A DNA stretch of 64,000 nucleotides. Origin: Antedon mediterranea. Lineage: Eukaryota; Animalia; Echinodermata. Of the stretch, positions 50,012-62,853 are shown in pieces. Position 1 is the first letter of the stretch; the number at the start of each line of letters is the position of its first letter. Location: NCBI RefSeq assembly GCF_964355755.1, contig NC_092676.1, positions 2,919,788 to 2,983,787 on the forward strand, given 5' to 3'. The notes beneath the pieces were generated by a model. It saw only the letters and a list, made by a program, of their open reading frames with translations, was not told where the DNA came from and made no database searches. The position numbers and the translations under genes are program-made.

Positions 50012-51747
50012 AAATTATCGATCGCTGGCTGCTGCCTACGTAATTTATCAATGGCCTTCTTGTTTCGGTAACAGATTGTACATAATTACTACAAATATGT
50101 GTTTTACATTACTATGTTGTACATTTACAACATAAGGGTAAAACATACATTTTAATGGGATGGGAACTAATGTGTTAATGTGGTTTTAGTGGTATCTTTA
50201 ATGATAGGAACCAAATACGGATGTTGTTTTAATTTTTTTATTTATGTACTTTTCCATTACACAACAGTAGTTTTACGATTGTCCCTATTGACAAACTAGC
50301 TATAAATATAAATGCTACTAAATATATCAAAATAATTAATTATCAAGATTATATTTGCATTTTGAGAACCTTTTTTTGCATTGTTGCCACAGCTGGTGGC
50401 CTATTGTTTGTGTTTTTGGAAATAAAAAAAAATTATTAGGCCTATGTGAATGAATGTCAATAAAAATAATAATATTCAGCATGTTTAAGGTTCATACTAA
50501 TCTACCCCCGATATCACCCGGAAGGATTTCATGACATAAAATTATCAAGATGCTAAATTATATTTAATGTTATTGTGATTTTTAATTGTATTAATGTGAA
50601 AAACTGTCAAAATACTGATTAGGTGGTTTATTCCGAAACTCAATACCGCCCTCTGTGATAACGTCATGCTTTGTGGCGTTGAACGCGTTCAATACGTTGT
50701 ATGACGCGAGATATTTTTTCTGGTCAGAGCGAATATTAAGTAAATTAATAGAAAAAAAAAAAACGACAAGTCAGATTTTCATAGTTTTTGCTTTATTGCA
50801 TCATTATCTCTGCAAATCAAATCAAATAAACATTTTATTATTATCGAGGATTTATTATTTATATGTTTATAAAATGCATATCATTACACAGTTGAACAAA
50901 TTAACTGTGGGTTGTCCCTGGTCCAATTGTCTCACTACCGAACAATAAAAGTCCATGGAGGTATGAACCTCCACGAAAAGACCAGCACAAATCAAAGGCC
51001 GATCGACTCAGGGCATAATTTACAAATGGTCCTCAGAAAAATATTCGGCAAGACTATGTATGCAGTTGGTTTACAACTAGGCAGGTTTACTTACAGTACA
51101 GGTTGGGGTTCTTTACTATTACAGCACATTGCAAAATGTGTACCCCAACTCATTATATAAAAATAAATCTAAAAGAACATACCCGCACTTATAAATAAAC
51201 ATTAAATAATCTGGAAAAAGTGACAAATATACTATTGTTGTATAAATATTTTAAATGCTATCTGTTAAATAATATAAACTGACACACTATAGCATTTTCC
51301 GTATTGAACTAGGGCGATGGTCACTTTTCACTAATACCATTTATTTTGAATATGTCAAATATTCATGAACCAAGATTTAGAGAAAAAAAAACCTAATAAA
51401 ACTAATGCATCATGGTTTTTATACACATGATTACAATATTGAAGGTAAACAAGCATGTTCAAAATCCATGTTCTTGGCTGAATTATGATACAGTAATATA
51501 CAATATATCAGACTTCCAGTATCTGAAACAAAGGATAAATTAAGCATCTTATTAAAATTAATCTTTATATTTTGCTGTATTTGAGTTATTATAAATTGAG
51601 ATATACAGTGATGATTTCAAGTCTTGTTTTTAGGTCACTACAAAAATGCTGGTATTGTGACCAAACCAGATTTGAACCCAAGAATTGGTAGGCAAGCATG
51701 TCAACCACTACAGTGCATATACATCATGATTAAAAATCCAACATACC

Positions 51748-54700
51748 TTAATAGTTGATCATTTTCTTAATAGTATCTAGACACCTCCATTTATCAGGTA
51801 GGTAAAAAGGTTCAAATATATGTGGGAAAGGCGTGTCCCAGCCGCAAACACGCTGAATGGGAGCTTCCAAATGTAAAAAGCATTCATTCTGAAATTTAAA
51901 TAGAAATCATTTTTCAAAATATGTAAATTTAATGTAAATGTAAAAGAAATACAAGCTCTGTTTTTGGCATATTGCCAAAGTGAGATTAATCTCTTCCTAA
52001 ACCTCTGTCTACACTATCAAACGTTATGTGGCAATGTTATGTGCCCATATATGGACATGATGATATCATATCACTACCATATTTGGGTATATCACTACCA
52101 TATTTGGGCACATCACACTTTTTTTGTCAAACTAGTTTGACAGTGTAGACTGAGAAGAGAAATTTGAATATTCATTAGATTGTTTGTAATTTATAATTAT
52201 CATACTACCCACCTGGATTGTAGTAGCAATCTCACCAGCAAATCCACCTGTAATTGGTGCTTCATGTGCAATTAACAGACGACCAGTTTTTAACACAGAC
52301 TGAAATGATACAGTGTGGAGTAAACAAATCAGGACATGTGGATGATATTAAGCAAAAACAACAAACAAACAGGTTATACTTGGCAATCAATGGTTACCTT
52401 GGCAACAGTGTCAACATCCCATGGTAGTATTGTTTGAAGGTCAATAAGCTCGCAGGAAACGCCCAGCTTCTCTTGCGCAAGCTCACAAACATTTCGCATT
52501 ACGTGTACTTGTGTACCCCATGCAACTAATGTAACATCACTTCCTAAAAAAAAAAAAAAAACAGTATTCATAATGCATACGTTTTATCACCCTGGTTTGA
52601 TTGTAATGCTCTGTCTACACTATCACATTTTATGTGACAAAAAAAGTGTGATGTGCCCAAATATGGTAGTTTTGTGCTATCATCATGTCCATATATGGGC
52701 ACATCACATAAAGTTTGATTGTGTAGACAAAGCATAACACTATGTGACTACACATAAGCCTTACCTTCTACTAAAACTTCTGCTTCTGATAAAGGAATTT
52801 CATAATCACCAACTGGTACTTGTTCAACTGAAAAAAAAACACAAAATAAAAAACTTTATTGTAAGAAAAAAGCTTAAGCTCTGTCTACACTATCAAACTA
52901 GTTTGACAAAAGTGGGGTTTGTCCAAATATGGTAGTGATATGCTTAAGTATGGTAGTGATATGACATCATCATGTCCATATATAGGCACATCACATTTTT
53001 TGTCACATAAAGTTTGATAGTGTAGACAGAGCTTTACATTGGAATTCACTATCTCTGGTTGATATTTACAAATCACATGTTTTACTTTACCAGCCATTCT
53101 GTACAAAATCTTTGGCTCAAAGAATATACAAGGATTGTTGTCACGGATACAGGATAGAAGCAGACCTTTAGCTTGAATAGGCCCTCTAGGAATGACTACC
53201 TGAAATCAATGAATTACATATAAGATTATTTCAGAATAAAATTTACTGTTGATAGTCTTACACATGCTAACCTAATATAGTTATTTTTAGCCTAAAAATT
53301 GCACTTACTTTGACACCTGGAACATGGGAAAAGAACGCTTCAGGGGACTGTGAATGATAGTGGGCTCCATGGCCTACAGCGCCCCATGGTGTTCTGATTG
53401 TTAGGCGACCACAGTTAAATAGATTCCCTGAACGATACCTAAATTTAGCTGCTTCATTTATGATCTAGAAATAACAATATTTTTTATAGTTATTTAGCTG
53501 AAGGACTGTTACAGATCACGGTAAAACACACAAGTTGAGTTAAAAAAGAGAAACATAAAAAATGGACACCAAAACAAGAGACACTTGTTTTGACACAAGA
53601 ATCATAGAAAAATGTAACGCACTACCACAACATGTTATAGCATATAAAATGACGTAATTTCCACCTTGTTTCGAGCCTTGTGGTCGTAGCGCTTTAGAGA
53701 AAATTTATTTTGGTTAAGCGCTTTACAAAAGACAATTATTATTATTATATAGACAGTACAACTATAAATAATTTCAAACAATCATATGACAAACACATTA
53801 ACATATCCAAGAGAGGAGGCAGTCAATACTCATATGCCTCCTGATTCACTTAAAGGTATAGTACACTTAAAGTTAGGGAACATCGATCAAAAAAGTTAAT
53901 GACAGATCATTGGACAATGAGAAGAGAGTTATTACGCAAGCATTTTTTTGGTAACGATAATAGTCAACTTTGAAACAAACTCAATAGTATGTTACTGCAG
54001 TAAAATGTTAAGTACTGCAGTAGAATCATTTTGACGTGATCCCTTACCTGATCAAATGCCGGATAGATATAGTCGGCAAACTGTATCTCAGCAATAGCGG
54101 TAGCGCCAACTGATGCCATGCCTATACCGAAACCAACGATTCCTTGTTCACATAATGGTGTATTAAATACACGGTCCTTCCCTAAAAAACATTCGCAACA
54201 ATCTAATAAATTACTGCACATTTCTAATATTTACAAGAGGGCAGCAGACAACACTTGGAAATGTCAAAAACAACCATCAGAATCTATAATGTTTTTCTCA
54301 AATGAATTACCGTATATCCTCTGGTATAATCCTATCCACCTAGAACACGAAATTGGGTCGACTTGGGGGGGGGGGGGGGGGATGAATGGTTGGGACTATA
54401 CTTGGGGAAAACCTGGTTCAGGAAAAAAAAGTTTGATAAGTATTTCTTGTAAAAACTCATTTGAACTGGCTAGAGGGAGGCCTACATCCAGATCAAAAGT
54501 TAATACTGTGACTATACCCGGGGATACGCCTGTGAAATCAGATAAAATGTAGGGGTAGGATTAGACTTGAAGTGAGATGATACACGAGGATTTATGGTAA
54601 TGAAATAAAACGTGGATAGCAGTTTACCATGTTTGTCTTTTAAATCAATAGTACATCTAAATACTCCACCAAAAGCCACGTCTTCCCCAAAAACAACTGA

Positions 54701-55654
54701 AAAAAAAAAGATGTTATCAAATCACAAAAAATGTCAAAAACATTAACAATGTTATAAAAAATTATACTTTAGAAACACATACATGTTTGTTCTTAACAGC
54801 AAATGTAATATCAATAAAATGAGAATATAAGTTAAAAAACCAAAATCATGTCATGTCATGCCGAATGAGGGCAATTCATTAATCATTTCTGCCTTAACCT
54901 GATAGGAATACAAATCATGCATCTATTCATATAATTTAGGCCTTATTCATTCCAATTTGTGGCCTAGGATATGCCTACTTACCAGCTGTCTGGTCTGAAG
55001 TAAGAGCAATATCCATAGCATTATTCAGAGCCTGGAATAAATTCATCTTGGAAGTTTCACCTAAAAATTGATACAATTTACATCATTACAAATCATCAAA
55101 TGCGTTACCGTTAGCTTAGAGTTAGATATTGTAATGTAATGATATACATTTATAATTGATTGATAATTTACAATTCAATTGAGTTCACCAATTTGTCCCA
55201 GAAACTTTTATAAGTCCAGTGAAGAGATTGTCCAGACAGATGTTTTAATGTCCATTTTAAAAATAAAAATATGAGGATCACACCACACAGATTTAACAGT
55301 ATTTGCAATTATGTTATAGATTACTTTTTTTAAATAAAATGCTGAAAGTTATTTTAGCCTAGGCTAGGCTACCAACCAAGGCACAGTCTGTGGCATTCCA
55401 CCAGCATGCATGCAGGAGTAGAGACTAGCCACCAGGCAGCAGCAGTCCAGTCAGTACAGTAGACAACCTTGTTTTAGCAGAGCCTAGACAGATAAATATA
55501 TAAAAACGTTACCTCTTGACTGTGGAGCAACCTCAGGAACATAAGTAAACGTTGATGCACATCGTACGTTATGTAGAAACTGCCCTGTTATGGAGTTCTT
55601 GCATTTTAAATACAAAGATTTGGCACAGAATCGTAACGTACTTGTAGTCGCCAT
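51748..55654 (-). CDS. BCKDHB: Branched-chain 2-oxo acid dehydrogenase E1 beta subunit, mitochondrial (374 aa, 10 coding exons)
   Basis: Exons 55654-55513, 55060-54983, 54696-54628, 54181-54048, 53464-53309, 53199-53091, 52827-52765, 52543-52398, 52299-52213 and 51888-51748 sum to 1125 nt in frame. Motifs [49 protein letters not shown] and [10 protein letters not shown]. Confidence 0.96.
52877..53033. mobile_element. MITE family A full-length copy in a BCKDHB intron
   Basis: TIRs with TTA TSD (52874-52876, 53034-53036). More copies at ~52001-52154 and 52607-52733. Confidence 0.85.
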
Positions 55655-56517
55655 GTTTTTTGTTGTGTATACTGAGCCCTCTATAGGCTCTATTTCGTGT
55701 TTCTCCCTAATTTCCTCCCCCCTTTTCCCTGCTGGCATGGTAAGCGTCTTGCAATAGAAAAATATCACAAAACAGTATTATAAAACTTACAGAAAAGTTT
55801 GTAAACAAAAATACAGGAATACAAAGCTTTATTGTAAACTGAAATTTCAATTCTGTAAAAAAATGATGTTCAGGTCAATGCGTCCAGGATTCAATAAATC
55901 GGAATAAATTACCGTAACACCACCACGCAACACCCATACCACCACCACATAATATATGTCTTGGGTAACTTTTGTATTGATATTTTGTGCTTTTTAATCT
56001 TCACGTTGTTTTTAATGTTGTAATTTTGTATTTTATTGTTGGATGATTTTGTTTTGCTGGAGACCCACTTGATAGTTTGATTTAGTTCGCTTTTGGGAAT
56101 CCTGTCTCTCTCTATTGTTTGTTTTGGTTTTTTTTTGTTACAATTATGTGAGACGAAATAAATGAAATGAAAAAAAAAACAAAAAACATCCCCCTCCCCC
56201 ACCCACGGTGGGGACTGTGGCGAGGGAATTTTTCTTAAATGACACCCCTAGAGGTGTTGTCCGGGCACCCCTGCGTCCGTACCTGGTATGCACAGATAAG
56301 TCCGTTACCGTTTATTTTCGAACGTGAATAAAATTAAAAATCACAAACTGACGAATAGAAATGTTTTTTTTTTGTAATCTTTGTTTTAATACTTACATAA
56401 AATTCAACATTATATTGTGAATTATTTCTTTGTGCAATCATTGCCTACATACTATTAAATGCCAACGTACAATATTTACAAAAAAATAATATCCAGTCTA
56501 AGAAAAACGACATCATT

Positions 56518-59500
56518 TCAAAACAATTTTTGGTTCTGTTCGTTATAATATTTTGCCAAACACGGTTTGGTTCCATAAATAAAATGATTTTCCATTTTAG
56601 GCGAATAACGTGAAGCTGGTGGCTTCCGCCCATAAGACTCGGCAAGTGAGCGCGTCAGATGGGCCGAGTTTCCGCAGCAAATGCCTACAAAGTTGATTCC
56701 GATTTCCTGACACCGTTTTCCAAAATCAACCATATCGTCTCGATTGCAGAATCTGATGTCCATGTTTGTTGGAAAACACTTCTTCCCTAAAAAATAAGTA
56801 AATTGCATTTTTATCATTATCATTTCGCGTCACAAAAAAGTAATAGAAATAAATACGTATAAATCAAAGCTTTTTTTCTCTTCGCCTCGACATCAGCTTT
56901 TACCTACCAGTTTTTGGATCTACCATATTGAAAAATGTTGGTTCGTCTGACGTAGTTCTGTAGGGTACAGGTATGGCTGCGAGATGACCCTGAAATATTC
57001 AAAACAGTATTTCTATTATAATTATTTACCCAGGCATATCAAGGATAGTCCATCACGTATGCGCATGCACAGCCGTAGACCTGCCTACATAGACTTCTGA
57101 CCAATCAGATAACTGGATTAATGCTTAGCCGCCATCTTTGAACTGTACGCTTTTGGAGGAACAGGATCATCAGCCAAAGACTAACATTTCACACAATTGT
57201 AAAGGGTGAGTAGACCTTTGAAAATGCATCTTATATTTAGGCATGGTAGATCATGTACAACATATTAGGCATGGTAGATCTCGTTAAAGTAGCAACCTCG
57301 TGCACTGCTAAGCCAAAATAGTGCATGCATTGTAGGCCCAACTGTGACATATACATAGGCCTAGCCTAGGATAGGCCTATATCATGTCAGGCCTAGCCTG
57401 GCTGGATCTGTTAGCCCCTTTTTCCCTCAGTCGCTTGTAGGCCTACTTATTGTTTCTTTCTTCTTGTTTTGTCGGGGCTTCCAAATATTGATTCAGGGGA
57501 GGAAGAGCGAGAGTGGATGGAAGGGGAGGAAGAGCGAGAGTGGGTGGAAGGGGAGGAAGGTCCAATTTATTCAAGATTATTGTTAAACTTTAGATCTCAG
57601 CTCAGTGAGCCTATTCTTAGGTTGTTAAAAAGGCAGTGTTCCATCACGTCATACGCGCGCCTTGAAAAAAACAAAACATTGCATAGTCTAGACACTTACC
57701 TTGCAGACAGCGCGAACCTTTTCCATAATGGGTAGCAGGGTATCTGGTCCTCTACAGCAATTCATACCGACTACATCGGCACCTGCATCCTCTAGTTGTT
57801 TACAAGCATCAGGAATAGTGAATCCGTCAAGAGTAGCAACTTCTCCTTTCACGTGATTGTTTCCGGCAGTAATGAAAGCAACAACGCAAGGAACGCCTGT
57901 TGTACACAACAATGATGCAATATTGATGGATTTTAAGTATTTTTGTATAAGTCTTTCAAAGTGGAGTAGCAGTTCTTCGAAAAGCATTATCTGGCGCACC
58001 CCCCCCCCCCACCACCCCTTTCCAACTGATAAGCCTCATTTCAATTAGCCTATATATTCGCGAGAACCAAATACGATGCGTGAGTTCTGATTGGTTGCAT
58101 GTTTTTTCGCGTCACAGAAAGTAGACAAAGTATCAATACGCATGCGCATTACTTAACGTTTCATCTCCTTTTCTGTGACGCAAACAAAAATGCTACCAAT
58201 CAGAACTGACGATTCATATTTGTTTCCGCGAATATATTCGATAGTGGAAAACAGAAGCTATAACGATCTTCTACAAAATCCTACCATCTAATAACAAGCG
58301 TATACAAAGCTGCATATTTTTAGATTATTACTACAGTAGAACCTGTATTAAGGACACCTTTGGACCCAACAAAGTATCCTCTTAGTAAGAGGGTTCCAAT
58401 GAATGAATGGGGTTAGTCGGTGTAAAAATGTATTACCCCCTCCTCCCCTCGTTCGTTTCACTTGGAAAGTGTCCCCTTAAAATGGGTGTAATCTTATGAA
58501 TGGGGATGTCCCAAAGGAGAGGCTCCATTATACTGTAATTTTCATATACCTTTTCCGTATTCCTGAACTGTTTTTACCGCAAGCATAGCTTCTCCGAGTG
58601 TAGGAAACGTTTCGGCAAGGATAAAGTCAACATCGTAGTCAAGTGCCCATTCAATCTGTTCCTAAAATTATACAAGTCTTTTCATTAGAATCAATAGACA
58701 CACAGTAGTAATGTATGTTCGTTACCAAATGATGTCGGTAAAGCGTGGTTCTCACAAGAGACGCAACGCAAGCGAGTTGATCGACCAATGAAAAAGCTAC
58801 TGTTCGAATAATCCATCGCTTGTGATTGGTCAAATCACTTACGTTGCGTTAAGGAAATTCAGATTAGGCCGACCGCCGGGGACCAGTTTGTTGACCCGAA
58901 TAGGGGGCTTCTATTGTGTTCCACATTGTGATTCTTACCTTAAAAATAGCTTTTGTTTTTTCGTACGACTCTTCGTCACCGGGCACATAAACACCTGTGT
59001 TACAGATATTACCCGCCAAAAGAGTTCCAGATTCATCCGCAACTTCCTTTGCGATTCGTAACGCTTCTCGGTTAATCTTTTCAAGATCAGCTTCCCTGTC
59101 GATGACTTGCATCTTCTTTCGATGAGCATAATACTATTTTGAGATAACGAATTTTAAGCTCTATCAAACTTTATGTGACAAAAAAAATGTGATGTGCCCA
59201 TATATATGATGTATATCACTACCACATTTGGGCATGTCACACTTTTTTTGTCAAACTAGTTTGATAGTGTAGACAGAGCTTTATATTACAAAAGTTGTCC
59301 TTCAAAATAGGAATGAAATTACGAACAAAATAAATTATAAAGTACGTGCTATTAAATACGTAGGTGCAACACCAATCACAAACTAAAGTTAGGATGATAT
59401 ATCGCGTTGTGATTGGTCAAAATAATTGCGGTCGATGCGCTTTCGTCATCGCGTTTAAGTGGTAAGCAAGATTAAGAGGGGTAACACTGAAAAGAAGTTT

Positions 59501-60416
59501 TCTACTACCTCTGTATGTAAATATTTGTCTACTATCAAACTAGTTTGACAAAAAAAGTGGTGTGCCCAAATATGGTAGTGATATGACATCATCGTGTCCA
59601 TGGGCACATCCCATTTTTTGTCACATAAAGTTTGATAGTGTAGACAGAGCTTAAGGTTTAGCCGTACCGTAAATGCCAGAACGACGTCACTGCCTGCATG
59701 CACAAACTCTCTATGCATATCCTTCACCAGGTGTGGATGTTCGATGACCACTTCTGGGACAAATCCACCTGCCTGAAGGTAACCACGTCGTTCAAATGCA
59801 AACAAATACCCCTCGGCTATGAGTACTGCCTCCCCATTATTCAAACGATCCAAAAGACCTATTGTGAGGATGTTAGAAAACGTTTATGATATTGAGTGGA
59901 GAGTGACCGAGCGGTAAGTACAAGCCTCTCCTCTCGATTATGGTTGTTGTGGTAGAATAAGCCTTCTCTGAAAAACTGTGTTACTTAATCTACAATTTGA
60001 GATGTTTTTTTTTGCATTAACTTGCATTTACAGAGAATTAAGTAAGTGACGTATGTGTATATGAGGCGCCATACGCATGACATTTTTTTTGCTTCGTATG
60101 GCGCCCCATACATTTATGTTTACTATTTGATGGATCTGTGCGCATGCAGAATATGGCAATCGGAATTTTAAATTAAATATCTATATAACCAATTGAAAAC
60201 TAATTAACTATTTCCAGTAGGCCTATAAACTAAATCTGGGCAGTTCAAAATTTATATTATGCCTTCCAAATAATTTATTATAAAATATACCTATTCCGTT
60301 ATAAAAAAGTAACATTCGAATCTAGAGTTTGTTTACAAGATCCTATAAGGCATAATAATAGTACCTACAACATGATGTGACCCTACCAGCTACTTACCTT
60401 TTACGTTTTTAGGCAT
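56518..60416 (-). CDS. BHMT: Betaine-homocysteine S-methyltransferase-like protein (homocysteine S-methyltransferase family, 354 aa, 7 coding exons)
   Basis: Exons 60416-60398, 59858-59668, 59133-58939, 58661-58550, 57896-57700, 56989-56908 and 56786-56518 sum to 1065 nt in frame. Motifs [19 protein letters not shown] and the Zn-ligand segments GMNCCRGP and GICCG. Confidence 0.9.
58031..58260. mobile_element. Palindromic MITE in a BHMT intron
   Basis: Arms ATATTCGCG..GTTCTGATTGG..GCGTCACAGAAA and TTTCTGTGACGC..CCAATCAGAAC..CGCGAATAT are reverse complements. Confidence 0.65.
58334..58535. mobile_element. Tc1/mariner-pogo (Tigger-like) MITE
   Basis: TA|CAGTAGAACC ... TACTG|TA with internal GTGTCCCCTTAA motifs. 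Related remnants at ~11940-12012, 39319-39518 and 41040-41228. Confidence 0.6.
59156..59650. mobile_element. Two MITE family A copies (59156-59280, 59527-59650) flanking a family B remnant in BHMT intron 2
   Basis: Both family A copies end in GTTTGATAGTGTAGACAGAGCT. Confidence 0.75.
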
Positions 60417-61879
60417 TTTCTTCGCAGTTGTAGTTAGCTAATTATATATTACGTTGATTGGTGATGTACCAAAACATTGAACTGAATTTGTAGTAAACAA
60501 ACCCGATTTTATTCAAGTACGCAAACAGTTGACTAGTTTCAACCAGAAATGGTCAGTTCGTTAGCCATATGTTTTACTCCAATCAGAAACAATCTCAGAG
60601 TTACACATGCAGTGAAGTATATATAACATACGCTACTGTGATTTCCATCCAGGGTAACAAAATAATATTTCATGGCATATTTTTACGGGATTGCTTTGTA
60701 GCAATCGATATACAACCGGTTGTGTCTAGATCAGTGTTGGCAACTGTTCAACATCCTACAGCACACATTGATTGAGAACAAAAAAAAAAACGTTATATGT
60801 AGTTGTTTGTTTTGGAATAAAATCAAAATTGAAGGTTACAGCGTTCGTTTACCAGCATGCTTATTTTCCACAAATTAAGGAAAGGACCTTCACCCCTTTC
60901 ACACTAGCAAAAGTCCGGAGCTTGTTATTATTTTTTTTAGATTTAGGCAAATTGCCAAGAATAACCATAAGCGAATTCATTCACTATCCTTCCTTCTTCA
61001 CAATACAAACATATACACAAAATGCTCTAAATATAAACAAAGTCTTATTACAAGTCTTTGGGAGTTGTAATTTGTCATTTGAAAAAAATCCTGACACTGA
61101 CAGGACTCGAACCCAGGTCCCTTGGATTAGTAGCCAAGCATCATAACAACCAAGCTACAACGCCACAATTGTATATCAGACTTCATCATTAATGACTAAT
61201 TACGAAAGCATCATGGTGACATGGTACTGTAGTAGTACGGTACCGTTAGCATTTTCGAAAATGTTGAATCCTTGTTCCGTTACTCTTGATTAATATCGCA
61301 CTGCATAGTCTATTATAGGACTATTAATATAAAACTATTAAAACACACTAAACAAACGATACTTATAAATTCAAAAGTGTATGTGAGGTCTTCGCGCTAT
61401 TTTATTGGACGAGTGTTCAGTGACATATACATTCAAAACATGGTAGTATCGGTAAACTATATTAATAGCAATAAATACATACTAATAAATTATTATTCAC
61501 ACACACAGTATATTTTTAAATATATCTTAAATAGTATAGTATTTATTTGTTTGGAACTATTTAATCGTGTTTGTGTAACCTTGGAAAACAGTTAATTTAC
61601 ATCTTGTATTGACAATCATTTAACTTGAACTTGTGTTCGACCAGGTGTGTGTATGCATGTATGCGGCGCCATACGCATGACACTTTTTTGCTGCGTATGG
61701 CGCCCCATACCTGCATGCCTACTTTTGACGGATCTGTAACTATTAAATCGTTATTTTGTAACCTTAAAATTTAAATTCATTTACATAAATTTTAACTTGA
61801 ACTTGCAGTGTTCGACCAGGTGTGTGCATGCAGCAACAAAGAGAGAGAAATTACATAATCCAAACAGTAATTAAATGTG

Positions 61880-62225
61880 TTAACCATAATAGTAAGAGTT
61901 AACGCTCTGTAAACTAAAGGTTTGTCAAGCATAGGTTTGTCAAGCATAGGTTAACCATCAGTTAATCCTCCGTTAAGAAGTTGGCCATCGGAAAGGAAAA
62001 GGTTAATGCTCCGTTAACTAACAGTTGCCACCAGTTAAGGCAATTTAATCATCCGTTAACTAACATTTGCCATCAAGGAAAAGGTTAATTCTTTCGTTAA
62101 CTAAAAGTTAATCATCGGTAAAGCAAAAGTTAACCAAAGTTAGGCAAAGGTTAATCCTCCGTTAACTAAAGGTTATATATCGGTAAAGAGAAATGTAACC
62201 ATCAGTATAAACACAAGTTAACTAC
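61880..62225. repeat. Degenerate GTTAAC-rich tandem repeat downstream of the Tctex1-domain gene
   Basis: Recurrent AAGGTTAATCCTCCGTTAACTAA units. Confidence 0.7.
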
Positions 62226-62301
62226 CGTACAGCATGCACCAATTGAAAATCGTTTTAATTTACAATGTATACTACCGGTGTTACATCCATGGTTCTACTT
62301 C

Positions 62302-62853
62302 TTACTCGTAATAAACAGCATAAACAGTAGCAATCGCAAATAACGTACCATTCTGATACCATGCCGAACAAAAATTATCTGTGTTGTGGTTCCAAAGACA
62401 GCGACTAGCTATTTCTAAACTTTGGCCCTGTTGCGAGCCGATCACGACGTGTACCACAAGTTTATGCCGACTAAAATACAGCTCTTTGATCTTTGATTTG
62501 ACAAGTTCTGTCAGCCTAGTCGCTAACCTACCACAATTTGTATCATATTCTTCGTATTTCAAAACTCTTTCCAGAATAATCGACACTTCTTCTTCAACTT
62601 TGCTTGGTTTGAATCCGGTGTCAGGATCCATTTTGAAAGTATTCTCAACTCGAGGTTTTGGTGGAACGATTGTTGACGTCTTGCTGGAACGGAACGTGGG
62701 AATATTGCGTCCTCCAATCATTGAGATACGTTTGGAAACTACCGACCATCTTGACGGTTTTCTGGATCTTTTTCGGTAACATATTGGTCCGTAATCCGGA
62801 TGATCGACGGTGGACTGCGATCTAACCGACGATTTATCGGTTGATTCATCCAT
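62302..62853 (-). CDS. Tctex1-domain dynein light chain (TCTEX1D1/DYNLT5-like), 183 aa, intronless CDS
   Basis: ENTFKMDP..F....V...L...EY, RHKLVVHVVIG..QGQSLEIASRCLW..TDNF, and C-terminal LFAIATVYAVYYE are typical of Tctex-1 domain proteins. Confidence 0.9.
   Translation of the reverse strand: MDESTDKSSVRSQSTVDHPDYGPICYRKRSRKPSRWSVVSKRISMIGGRNIPTFRSSKTSTIVPPKPRVENTFKMDPDTGFKPSKVEEEVSIILERVLKYEEYDTNCGRLATRLTELVKSKIKELYFSRHKLVVHVVIGSQQGQSLEIASRCLWNHNTDNFCSAWYQNGTLFAIATVYAVYYE

Noticed and set aside
55655-55768. N-terminal extension of the BCKDHB ORF
   Set aside because: AAAAACATGGCG at 55654 has a strong initiation context followed by a transit-peptide-like sequence, so the upstream in-frame sequence is probably UTR/promoter.
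57495-57560. ORF with EEEREW repeat
   Set aside because: A short purine-rich duplication in a BHMT intron, with no coding evidence.
61095-61166. tRNA gene on the minus strand (also 22178-22250, 27715-27785, 51655-51715)
   Set aside because: A and B boxes are present but acceptor stems do not pair and loops are irregular. Better explained as SINE heads; tRNAscan-SE would settle it.
62381-62779. 132-aa plus-strand ORF
   Set aside because: Antisense shadow of the Tctex1-domain CDS.
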